Shown: in pieces, positions 16,919 through 28,100 of the stretch
Position numbering within the stretch: position 1 is the first letter of the stretch
How the letters are laid out: every line of letters starts with the position of its first letter
IMG/VR virus record: IMGVR_UViG_3300030333_008604
Span: 32,001-96,000 of that record
Direction: 5' to 3' (one strand)
Length of the DNA stretch: 64,000 bases
From: a virus
Notes under the pieces: generated by a model
Databases searched by the model: none
The model's input: the letters and a program-made list of their open reading frames with translations, nothing else
What the model was told of the DNA's origin: nothing
Position numbers and translations under genes: made by a program

Positions 16919-19900
16919 ATGGCCGATGCCAAACCGAAACCAAAATTAGCAAAATCGTGGTGGTGGGCTAAAGAAGCTGATGGTGAAGACTCTTCGCCAC
17001 CTGACGTATCGCTTTATTCAGAGCATGAAGATGAGAATGCAAGCTGGGTTGCTCGCTCAAAGAAGCTTGTACAAGAAAGCTACGAAACAGATATCTTCAA
17101 AGGGTCTAAAGGACCATACCCAGCAGTTGTTTTAAAAGTTCTAGCTGGTCAGAGCGCAGGCAACGAAGCCTCAACCGGAGGCCAGGCTACTAAAGGCGCC
17201 TCAACCTCTGCTAACAGAAATTGGTGGGAACAATTTTCAGCATTGGAAGGGAAATTAAGCCCCGTTAGGGTTATTGCCAGGCCTTTGTCGATGAAAGGTA
17301 CATCTAACGGTGTAGTTTTTAATGGTGGTATTCCCGCTCCTTGGGATTTAAAAAAAGATGCTACAGATGCCGAGATTGAGCAAAACATATCCCTGCATCC
17401 TGAGTTTGTGGCGCTCAAGGCATCCCAAGACAAGGATCAAGATTTAAGCTCAATAGTTCCGGGCACGCCTATTTTCGTAGATTTTCCCCAAGGCCAAAAT
17501 CCCGCAAGAGCTAACGGGGTGATAGTTGGTGTAATAAAAGATTATACGCCAAAAGCTGCTGAAGTGAAAACTTCGCCTAAAGAAGCCCACAATCCTCAGT
17601 GTGAGTTCATTCCCGGCTCAGAACCAGAAGAAGGTTTTTATGCTGGGCACACTGTTGGCACGTTACGCTCCGGCCGCAGAGTGTCAAAAATAAGAAACAA
17701 AATAAAAACTGGAGTTTACGGAAACGGAACAGCCCAAACAAAGGCTCATTTTTTAGAGTGTCTTTTCCAGGCGAAAAATCCCTCTCCAAAGCATAAAATA
17801 AAAGGCCCATCGCCAGGACAGAACAATTGTTTTCTTTGGGTGGGTCACCTCCGCTATAATGGCTACCTCGATTCAGTAGATCGTCCTTCTGACCTGGGCC
17901 GTGAAACTATTATATATGCGCCAAAAACCTTAGATATAAGTGCGCCCATTGAGATAAAATACTATTTTCATGACGCAGGTGGGTTTGGCTATGCTTGGTT
18001 GAATGGCCCATTAACAACGACAAAGCAGGCTATAGAAAGTGCCGCTTTGCCCGGCTGCGACTTTAAAGAAAAGATAGCGCCCATGATAAAAGACTTGAAC
18101 CGTGATGGTCGAAACTACGTCTTGGTAATACCAGAAATGATGCACTCCCGGGGATATGGTACGGGTCTTTCAGATGACAATCGTTTAACAAATATAATGA
18201 ACTTAACAGCAGCGGGTCAAGGCTTGCATGGGGCCAAAGACACTATTCGAACGTATCTTGACTCATCGCCAACAAAGTCACAAGATAGAATTCGAAGTCA
18301 TCTTGGGGGGATGACAATTGCTTCTGATAAAGCAGAAAATTTGTTATCTGTGCAGCGATTGAAAAACAGATACATGAAGACATTTGATAGATCCTTTACC
18401 GGTGGCAATTTTGCAGTTTTTCACACGCAGATAAAAGGTGTGTTGTCTGAACATCTGTCGCAGGCACTCTTGACTGGCTTCGACAGCGAGGATTCTCAAA
18501 TTTCTATAGTGGCTGATAACGCCGGCGCGCTTACATTGGCTCACATCCCCACTGAAGATTTATTGTCACTAGGCTCAAAGTTGACAAGAATAGACTGGAT
18601 CAATGCTGCTGGTCTGGATTTTCATGCTAAACCATGGTCTTTATATTTTGAAAATAGTTCGGCCACGCAATACTTCGATGATAAATATTTAAAATCTTTA
18701 ACATGGCCAATTGAATTCAATTATATCGCACCAATGCCAGCACAATCAGACGTCAAGCTCTTTTTTAAAAATCAAGGCCAGGAAGCCAAACTTACAAAAT
18801 TCAAAAATCAAAAAGGTCAATGTTTTACATATCACGTTGGCAATGATTCCTCAATTGATAGAACTATAACTTATCACCAGCACACTGGTGAGAACAAGGG
18901 CGCCGAATACGCTTTTACAATGAAAAATAGCTCTACTGGTTTGCGCGCTCTTAGAAAGAGGCGAACAATTGGAGGCCCAATTAATCAAGGAATTCCAGAT
19001 CATGCTGCCTCTATTTCTCACAAAAAGAACGATTCTGCAATATTAGTATATGAAAAGCAAAGGACAGACTTAGTTTCGAAACAAATTGAGCCTTTCGAAA
19101 CGGCTCTTGGTTTGCTGGGGCAAGAAGGTACCACCGGTCTTTGTCAAAATAGTCCTCATTTTTGCAAGCCCGATGGTCTAGGCGGTTTTGATTTGTATGC
19201 AAATGCAGATTCTGCATTTGCATCTTCATATACTGCTTGGAAATCTGCGACTCAGAAATATTATGAACTAAACGAGTTAATTAATTTAGAAATTGTCATG
19301 AAAGAAGTTGTTGAGCAGAAGCGCGAACTTAAAGATGTTAAAAGCTATTACAGCAGTCTTAAAGAGGTTAATGCGAGCGCTATGCCAAACGCAAAGTCGG
19401 CTTTAAAAAACTATGAATTTTTTAGTTTGACAAACTTTCCTCCGAACAACGTAGCTTCTGTTAATAGTGCTAGAGATTTCGTTATTGCCATCATGCAGAC
19501 TCTAGGCACCAACGACGCAATCTTGAAAGCAGAAAATAGAATTCAAGAATATGAAAGATTATTGAAGGCAGGTCCGCCAACTCGTGAGCCATCACCTTGT
19601 GACGTGGGTGTTACAGCTCTGGCTAGACTTTCCGCATCACCATCACGGCGCCCAAAAGACAATTATTTAAATTTTGATTGTGATTCTGTAAAGCCAGTTC
19701 ACCTGCCTCGCAAGTTTGCAGATCTTGTAAGAATGATACCATTCTACCCAAAGAAAAGCGACTATATCGACGCAAAGCTTAATAAAATTTTAACCCCTGG
19801 AGAGGTTCCAGGTTTTGAATTAGCAGGATTTAAATATCCCGCTCGAACTTCAAATGACGTTGTAAAAATTCACGATAGTGCAAAAGATAGTGTCAGGATT

Positions 19901-20833
19901 TGGAAGTGCTTAGTGCCCCTGGTAGAGGAAGGAATGAAGGCCGCCACCGATGCATCCAAGTTCGCTCCATACAAGGTCACGCATGGCTTCCGCGCGGGCC
20001 CGCCTCCTGGCATGACAGACTCAGTCTCTCTACACAGTTATGGTTTGGCGTTAGATATCGATCCATGCTTAAACGGTTGGGACAATAAAGGCGAGTTGAC
20101 TGCAGTACAATTTACTAATGGCTATCGAGCACATAAGACGTCCGGAAAAGCCGGCTGGGGCGATAACTGGAGCTTTGCAAGCGACCACCCGGAAGATTAT
20201 AGTTTTTCTCGTGGAGAACGCGACGCGATAAGCTCTCTACTTTCTTTACGGCATGCCGGCGTTTACGCAGAATCATTAGATCAACTAATGAAAAATATTG
20301 CCTCTAACAGCACCAGCCTCGATTCACCAGAAAAGATAAAGGCATGGCTAAACTCCAGTAGCTCAACCGGCCTTGCGTTACGACAGGCACATGAATACGA
20401 TTCATCTGGCACAGTTTGGCAGCCTGGCAACGAATATGGCGGCTATTTAAAAGACATTAAGAATTCCTTAATTAACCCTTTAGGCTCAAATCCACTTTTA
20501 TGGGTTATAACATTTTGTGAATTTACCGGAATGAAGTGGGGTAACGGAACATTTCTCAAGAAAAGATATCGCGGCGGTGATGTTTTTAAATATCAAGATC
20601 TAGGCGACGCCGCGGCGGGAAGTTTTTATCATTATCTAGATGAGCTTTTTGGAATTAAAGACGTCATGCGTCGAGTTCAAGCCATCTCTTGGGATAGCGA
20701 TGTCAATGATTTTATGCACTTTCAGTGGTACGACGCACCACACACAACCATTCCCTTCACCGCCGGTGAACATGCTGGCGCCCGCCAAAAAGGAATTGCA
20801 GAAGTTGCTGCAGCAAATAATATACAATATTAA
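16919..20833 (+). CDS. Multidomain virion protein: gp5-like N-terminal OB region, alpha/beta-hydrolase-like middle, C-terminal M15 zinc peptidase
   Basis: YPAVVLKV...VRVIAR...PGTPIFVDF is OB-like; TIIYAP/KYYFHD/YVLVIPE is hydrolase-like; M15 motifs SLHSYGLALDID, GMKWG and DFMHFQW. Confidence 0.65.
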   Translation: MADAKPKPKLAKSWWWAKEADGEDSSPPDVSLYSEHEDENASWVARSKKLVQESYETDIFKGSKGPYPAVVLKVLAGQSAGNEASTGGQATKGASTSANRNWWEQFSALEGKLSPVRVIARPLSMKGTSNGVVFNGGIPAPWDLKKDATDAEIEQNISLHPEFVALKASQDKDQDLSSIVPGTPIFVDFPQGQNPARANGVIVGVIKDYTPKAAEVKTSPKEAHNPQCEFIPGSEPEEGFYAGHTVGTLRSGRRVSKIRNKIKTGVYGNGTAQTKAHFLECLFQAKNPSPKHKIKGPSPGQNNCFLWVGHLRYNGYLDSVDRPSDLGRETIIYAPKTLDISAPIEIKYYFHDAGGFGYAWLNGPLTTTKQAIESAALPGCDFKEKIAPMIKDLNRDGRNYVLVIPEMMHSRGYGTGLSDDNRLTNIMNLTAAGQGLHGAKDTIRTYLDSSPTKSQDRIRSHLGGMTIASDKAENLLSVQRLKNRYMKTFDRSFTGGNFAVFHTQIKGVLSEHLSQALLTGFDSEDSQISIVADNAGALTLAHIPTEDLLSLGSKLTRIDWINAAGLDFHAKPWSLYFENSSATQYFDDKYLKSLTWPIEFNYIAPMPAQSDVKLFFKNQGQEAKLTKFKNQKGQCFTYHVGNDSSIDRTITYHQHTGENKGAEYAFTMKNSSTGLRALRKRRTIGGPINQGIPDHAASISHKKNDSAILVYEKQRTDLVSKQIEPFETALGLLGQEGTTGLCQNSPHFCKPDGLGGFDLYANADSAFASSYTAWKSATQKYYELNELINLEIVMKEVVEQKRELKDVKSYYSSLKEVNASAMPNAKSALKNYEFFSLTNFPPNNVASVNSARDFVIAIMQTLGTNDAILKAENRIQEYERLLKAGPPTREPSPCDVGVTALARLSASPSRRPKDNYLNFDCDSVKPVHLPRKFADLVRMIPFYPKKSDYIDAKLNKILTPGEVPGFELAGFKYPARTSNDVVKIHDSAKDSVRIWKCLVPLVEEGMKAATDASKFAPYKVTHGFRAGPPPGMTDSVSLHSYGLALDIDPCLNGWDNKGELTAVQFTNGYRAHKTSGKAGWGDNWSFASDHPEDYSFSRGERDAISSLLSLRHAGVYAESLDQLMKNIASNSTSLDSPEKIKAWLNSSSSTGLALRQAHEYDSSGTVWQPGNEYGGYLKDIKNSLINPLGSNPLLWVITFCEFTGMKWGNGTFLKKRYRGGDVFKYQDLGDAAAGSFYHYLDELFGIKDVMRRVQAISWDSDVNDFMHFQWYDAPHTTIPFTAGEHAGARQKGIAEVAAANNIQY

Positions 20834-20866
20834 TAAAGTGATATATAATAAAGGGAAGGAGCGAAA

Positions 20867-22168
20867 ATGTCAGAAAAAACTATATTTGTAAACAGATATA
20901 CAAAAGCTACGCCTGAAGGACAAATACCCATGTGGGAGGTCTCTATATACGAAGGCGGCAGTCAAATTTCTAGCAAGCACACGAACAAGCAAGCTGAAGC
21001 AGAACAATTTTATCGCGATGCAGAGGAGCAATATCCTAATGCAGGGATAAAGTTACGCTCAGATCCTACTGAGTCACGCGAAGAAGCTCTCGCAGATCCT
21101 CCGCTCCCGCCGCAAAATCAATTAACAGATGAACTAGCCGACGCACAACAAGAAGAAGTACACCCTTCTTTTACTTCTCCGGCTGACGGTGTCAAGCCAC
21201 CAGGCCTGTCAAACACCCCTAATTTAAAATCACCATCGCTTGAAAAACCGGCAGTCAATAGGCAGTTTTCTCCTGGGGGGAAAGCTGTCGACGAAAGCCC
21301 AATTGAAGAACAAATTGCCCATGGAGTCAGCGGCATCGGCGGCCAGAAGCGCAAACAAGCAGTTATAAATTATAATGCTGCAGAGTGCGAGACTGTGTTT
21401 TCAAATAGTGGCAACGCAAAACTTATCCTCGGCGCTGATCGCAACGGAGACAAGCTTTCTGGCTATGGTATGGAGGGCCACACTCAGTCTGATGCGATAT
21501 ATCTTTGTGCTGGGATGGGTGGCCACCGCCCAAAACAGGTAGATGCGAAGGGTAATCGCTTCTGGACTAATCCAAATTTTTTCGTTGATGCTGCTTTTAT
21601 TTATATTTCTCAAAAAACAGACTGTGACGTGAATTTTGCAATTGGTACTGAAGAAAATCGAGAAGTAGCAAACGCAAAATCTGCAGTTGTTCTAAAGGGT
21701 GATAATATTAGAGTAGTCGGCCGAGAAACCCTCAAGCTAGTAACTAAGACAGATGTTTCAAACTCGCAAGGTGGAAAAGATATGTCCACCGGTGGCGTAG
21801 AAATAATAGCAAACAATCACGAAGACTCTTTACAGCCAATGGTCTTAGGTGATAACCTTGTAAATGCCTTGAAGAAGATTAATAATTTTATGAATAACAT
21901 GCTGAGGCTCCAAAAAATGCAGATGGACCATCAGCAAGCAATGAACAGGGCTTTGACAACGCACACGCATCGCTCCCCTCTTTTTGCTAAACCCACTCTT
22001 CCGTCAGAAGTAGTCGTCCAATCTGGCGTCGTGGAACAAATAAAAACAGTGGTAAACACTGAGCGCGCAATATTAACAGAAATGACAAATCTCGCAGGCC
22101 TAGAGAACAACTATAGCGACCCGCAAGGTCCAGAATACATATTGTCTGCATATAACAAAGTAAACTAA
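20867..22168 (+). CDS. Baseplate central spike protein (gp5/gpV-like beta-helix with HxH motif)
   Basis: Short alternating beta-strand repeats (AKLILGAD, AIYLCAG, AFIYISQ, AVVLKGDNIRVVGRE), QPMVLGDNL, THTH; upstream of gp25. Confidence 0.65.
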   Translation: MSEKTIFVNRYTKATPEGQIPMWEVSIYEGGSQISSKHTNKQAEAEQFYRDAEEQYPNAGIKLRSDPTESREEALADPPLPPQNQLTDELADAQQEEVHPSFTSPADGVKPPGLSNTPNLKSPSLEKPAVNRQFSPGGKAVDESPIEEQIAHGVSGIGGQKRKQAVINYNAAECETVFSNSGNAKLILGADRNGDKLSGYGMEGHTQSDAIYLCAGMGGHRPKQVDAKGNRFWTNPNFFVDAAFIYISQKTDCDVNFAIGTEENREVANAKSAVVLKGDNIRVVGRETLKLVTKTDVSNSQGGKDMSTGGVEIIANNHEDSLQPMVLGDNLVNALKKINNFMNNMLRLQKMQMDHQQAMNRALTTHTHRSPLFAKPTLPSEVVVQSGVVEQIKTVVNTERAILTEMTNLAGLENNYSDPQGPEYILSAYNKVN

Positions 22169-22172
22169 TTAT
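22165..22172 (+). promoter_or_regulatory. Candidate late-promoter motif CTAATTAT
   Basis: Ends 11 nt before the ATG of the 3451-aa gene; the same octamer occurs at 43454 and a variant at 59040. It overlaps the upstream stop codon. Confidence 0.35.
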
Positions 22173-22183
22173 AGAAAAGAAAA

Positions 22184-25100
22184 ATGGTTGACACAACAAA
22201 GTTTATAGATCCCCCGCCTCCCGAACAAACGCCGTATGCTAGCATTATGCCGACTGATGCATCGCTAGAGTCGGTATTCGCGCTTCCAGTACATGCAACG
22301 CATTATGTTGGCCAATTGGCTGGTCCCGCTCAATCTCAAGGTGCTCGCAAGCATCCTTATCTTCCTGTTCGTCTTGCGCCTCATAGTTATAGTCCAGCGC
22401 TTAAGCTTGGGTGGGATGACCGAGGCTATCATCTGCTGAATAATGAAGGGCAGTTGGTTACAGATCAGCACGGCAATGACGCTTCTAACGGAATTGAAGT
22501 TAACGTAGGAACCGGTGTTTTTGTTACTGAAATTGTTCAAAGCGATACAGGGCTTTGGGTGGGTTTTGTGATCGAAGATACGGACATATCGACCGAACTT
22601 ATAACAAAATGGACTAGTAATTGGACTCAAATATTGTATACGAGGCCTGAGTATCTGCGCGCGCGCACCGGCGGCCTAGTAGGAACAAACCTTATTCCTT
22701 TTTCTAACACATTTTATGGTGTGGCTCGTGGTGCTGATGCAAAAATTGCAGATGCGGCCAAAGCCATCGCACCAGGCAAAAATGACAATTGGGAAAAAAT
22801 TGAAAATAACGATGTTATAATGTCGTATTTTAATTTTACTGAATACAACAAAGAGCGACTTGGCGATAAATTAAAGATTTCCACAGGTTTAATCAAACAA
22901 GACCCTAGATTGCGCTACTCAGAAGGCTATTATTATTTTGTTGTAACCGAGGGGGTGAGAAAAAATGCTGCGCAGCTCTATACTCAAGAAATGATTGATA
23001 GTGGAGTTGTCTTATCTAGCGAGGCCCAGGCTCAATTATTGTCTGCTAAGGAAAGCGAACGATTATTGACTGAAGATAACATTAAAAAAGTTGCAGTTGA
23101 CGTGCTGTTGGAGTATCACAACAAAGATGTCAATAGGATTGAAACTCGCGCAGCACTCCAAGGGTCGGGCCTGGATCCTGGGCTTTTAGTTTCGGTTGCT
23201 AAAAAGTTAAAAGTTCAAGGCCCCAATCCAAACAACCAAAAGATTCTTTTTGCGGCCCCGGCATCTGTTATCGACGGTGCAATGGATACGAATAACCCCT
23301 ATAATGACAATTTTTCTAAATCTGAAGAAACGTCTGCATTGAATTTGCTTGATCCGTACGAAGAATTTAGAACATCGGGATCAAAAGACTATGTTTTTAC
23401 TATTAGTTTAAAAGAATTGCGCAATACTTGCAAAGAAATTGCTGCTTTGTTCGATAAATTTAAGAAACAAGTTGAAAGTTTTGAATCTTCGGGCGGAATT
23501 ATCAAAAATCCAAACCACGTTAGTTATGATGTTGATTCTCAAATAAAATCGATAGAGACATTTCCAGATGTAATCGATCGCTTTTTAAGAAAACAACCTT
23601 TTCCGTCAACTTCCGACCAAGAAAATCTTGCGATGGCTCATTTTCCTCCCGCCACTGATACTGAGCACGATCATATTCTTCAAATTGGCTTGAGAGATAA
23701 CGGAAAAGTAGGAGGCGATGTCCGTAACACTATCTCTTTCATAGTTTTCTCACCAGATCCTGAAGATTTAAAAACGTGGGAAAGTGATGAACTGTATCAA
23801 ATCGATCCGAACATCTCACAAGACGAAATTCAAGGCGAATTACCGGTTCGACGTAGCGGCTATGTCTTAAAAAAGGGGATGAATTGGCTTCGAAATCAGT
23901 TTGTTGGAATTGAGGCCTCTCGAACGCTTCATTATATAATGAGTTATAAAAATCTCTTAACTTATGGATCTGAGGCTAAAAAAGAAGGTAAAACTGACAA
24001 GTGGATAAAGTTTTTACAAGCGTATTCCGTACCTCCATTTTTAATTTGGACAACGAAAGACCCGACTCACCAGCCAGGTGAAGATGTCGACTGTGAAGAG
24101 TTAGTCAAAAAGCTCAAAGAAATGCCGGCCGTAATGAATGAAGAGCAAAAAAGATTTGAAGAAGAAGTGTTGTCCAAGTGTAGGAAATATATTGCTAGCC
24201 AGAGAAAAAACACAAGCGCCGCTGATCAAAGAGTGCAGAAGAAAAATCTACAAGATGGCTATCTCGCAGCTGAATCAGCAGCAGGAAGCGAAACAATTGA
24301 TGCTTTAAAATATCTTTACAAGATCTTCTTACATGAGCTAGATGTTCCAACCTTGATGGAATTATTGATGGCATGCATCCAGAGCAAGATAGGTATGGAC
24401 CTCACTGCTGAGGCTTTGTGTGAAGCAGCAATGATAAAAATGGTAGAACAGGTTGGCGTAGAAAAGTTTAAGGGCACTTTATTAAAATTTATGCCAGAGT
24501 TAGCTCCATATTTTTCTGGAGGAGACTCTTATGTTGATAGCGTAATCGGAGAAGATGCAGCAAAGATATTAAAAGACCTAGAAGAGAACAACGCGACTCC
24601 GTCAAATAAGGGCACGAATACTGCAGACGCTCCTTGGATGTTTACAGTCGACTCTCTTGACGAGGGCTGGAGACTCGATAGCCGTTTTGATGGCGCCCCC
24701 GTTGCGACTGGTCTTGTGCTAGGCGGTTCTGCACCACCACATGTTGTGCATGCTGTTATGTCACTAGAGAAGGGTGGAACTGGTGTTGAACTGGTGCCGG
24801 GCCCTAGGAAGCCTCATGAAGTCTTGCCTTCTGGCAACACACAGGCGTCTGAAGTTTGGGATGCGCTGCTCAAAGCCGGTTCTGAGTTTTCTCAATTAGT
24901 TGAAGGAGGGGATTTTTACAGTTGGGCTGAGATTAATGAATTACGAAAAAGCTATATATCTCAAGGACATACTCGAAAATCAGCTGACGCTCTTTTGGTA
25001 GAGCAAGGGTATCTTGTACCCAGGACAGTAGAATATGGCTCTGCAATCGACACGTTTAGTGACGCAATGGAGAAGTTCAGTGATTCAATGAATTATCACG

Positions 25101-28100
25101 GAGCAGGCGCCACGGCAGACGCGTTCAGAACAGCTGGTTCGGCTTTGGCCCAAGCGAAATACTTTGTAAAATATTTAGGAAGTATTACCGACATTCGTCA
25201 AGCTTGCGAAAACATTGTTGGACCACTCTTAGAATTACCTCAGATGCTTTTAGCGGAAAGCGATCCCTCGCAATTTGACGAGCTTTTTAGTGAGTGGGGA
25301 TCCGATTTTGTAAATCGCTTTTCAAAGCAATTTACTCCCAAGATACCAAAATTAAAATTACCGGACAGTCTTCCTGTGGGATACCCAATGGATCAATATA
25401 CAAAGATGGTCTTGAAAGCTGTAATTGCGATTCTTGCTGCTGTTTTGGGTAAACTTTTGCATCTTTTCTTGCTCGATCTCATTAATACTTGCTTTGAGGA
25501 GGATCCTTCCGAAGGCGAAGGTCCTACATTCGGCGCTCCAACTGTGCCCCCAGATGTAATTCCGTTGGCCGACTTAAGACAGCGAGCAAGGCTGGGGCCC
25601 ACCACTGCACCTTTAGAGATTGCAAGGTATTTACAAGACTTAATTTCTTCTTGCAGTCCTGCACAGCTGTGTGCGTTAATGAAAGGCACAGCATCAACAC
25701 AACTTTCTCAAAGTTTAGTTGAGCGCACAAGACAACATTGGCCAAATATATATGCTGCTGGCATTGGAGATAGTGTGCCGGATATCAATAAAATTTTTAA
25801 AGATATCGGAGAAGATTTTAATTTAGATATTTGCAACTTCCTCAATGCAAAACCAAATGTCGACGTCGATGCATGCCAAAATGCTATCTTTGATTATGAC
25901 GAAAGGTGCAATGAACTGCAACAAGCTGGCCTAACACCTGAAGAATGTCAAGAACACATCTCTCAAGAACTTGAATCGCTTAAAAACAAGATTCTTGGGC
26001 TAGCCGACTGGACCCTCCCCGGCCAACCAACAACTTTCCAACAGGCAGTACCAGAGCCCTGCGGCCCGGATGGATATTTCCAATTACCGTCAGCCACTAA
26101 AGATAGTATGGCGCGCGTTACAGACACAATTTTAGATTATACTAAAATTAATCTTTTGTCTGACTTGGACAATATGCAGTTTTTCTTAATGCCACCAAGA
26201 GCGATTCAAGCGATACAGTCTCCGGATCAACTAGACGAAGCTCATCAAATCATGGTGGATGCACTACACACAAACAAGCCCCTATCTCCTCTTGTGTTGG
26301 TGCCCGGCAATAAATATTTTGGAGGATCAACATTTTCCGGCCGCAACGAAGATCAATCAGGCTATGCTTTTGACGGAAGCGAACACCAAGGCAGGGGCTA
26401 TAATTTGTTTTATGGAAATCATAGAATGTCTGCCGGCGACTACGCCGCCGGCGGCGGACATAGTTATAATTCTTATAGGTCTCCTGAGCGATCAGGTACA
26501 GAATATTGGCAAAAAGATCCAACGTTTGGTGACACAAACAATCCGTCATTTTTAAAAATTGATTATTTGTTTGCCGGCGCTCATCTCGGCGGTTTAACAA
26601 ATTCTACTGCAGGCCAAAACCGGATAAGAGATGATATTAGAAGAATGTGGGAAAATAAAGACGAAGTTATTTATCCCACTGCGGAGGGTGCGCCTGAAAG
26701 GACGCTTGGGCAATTTCTCACTACATGGGGAATCGAAACCACTTGGGGCACCGCTATAAACGGCGGAACATGGAAAAATCCTACAAGTCCGGACCAAACG
26801 TTTTATAAAAATGATTTAACTGCAGCAAAATATCAACAAGTAGTTATTAAAAATATAAGTTTTGGTGACGGCCCGGCAGATGCTAATGGCATGCCCGTTC
26901 CGCCATCGCCCAACGCAGTTGATTTTGTTTATACGTTTGATTTGTGGAGGTTTTTTGTCAAAATGAAAGGTGAACTTTCGACGTTCACTAAAAGTGGCAA
27001 GCAAAATGGTCCTTTTGGGCTACCGGAGGCGGTCAACACCTACGGGCAGGATATTTTTACAAAAGTCTGGCCTTTGGACACAAAATTGAAAGATATATAT
27101 CCCGGGATACATCCAACCAAGATAACTCATCGTCCAAATAATGGCGTCGCGACATCTCGCTGGGCTTTGGGTTGGCATGGCATGTTCTCTCGATTTATAG
27201 GCATTGGAGGCATGAAGGGCGATACTGTTGCGGATAAGTGGGATGACGAAGACCTGACTGGCAACATTGACCTTGAACGGTTCAAGCAGGGCGCCAACGG
27301 AGCTTTCGGAATTAACCCTATTGCATACATTACAATGGAACACGATGAAGCCTCCCTCGGCGTCAGCGGCACTAATTTCGGAGACCGCAAATCTTATGAT
27401 CTGCTTGGGGTGCCTTGGAGCGAAGATCTTTTTGACGAAGGGTATGACACTCTAGACAACCGGCCGGTTGTCCACTCTAAATCAGGCGATCGTTTTTGGT
27501 CCGACGGTTTAATTTTCTTACTTGAAAAACTTAAAAGTTACCCAGTAGGCACACACCTAATGGAAGTCTTCATGGATCTAACAGTCGCAGAGGCCACAGG
27601 CTTAACACATGAAAGAATATCTAGACTTTATCCAAACTGGCCCTCAATTAATACTCTCGTCGGCGGCACCGGCGGAGTAGTTTTTGCTAATCACCACTCT
27701 TATCCAGCAGATAAGGATCATGAAAGCTGGAGACAGCTCTCCTCGGACGATGAAGCTCGCGGCGGGTTCGGCCCGTGGCATCAAGGAATTAAGCCAATGT
27801 TTATTGCGTTTGAGGTGCCATTTAGAAATTTAGATAGCCCTCTTGAAGACGCTCAAGGCGTCCTAGACACAATGACGATGGACAACCAGCCTATTAACAA
27901 GCAGTTGTATGAGTATTTAAATGTTATAAACGACGGCGATGATTTGTTTCAAAAATCTTTAGGCTTTAAGAAAAGCCCAGGTCGAACCGATATTCAGCAG
28001 GACGCCGCGCGTATTGAAAGAAATCATAACTTTAATCCAAATATATTAAGCTATCCCATGAACTATACCTCTTTCTTGGGATCTAGCACACAAAGTAAAG

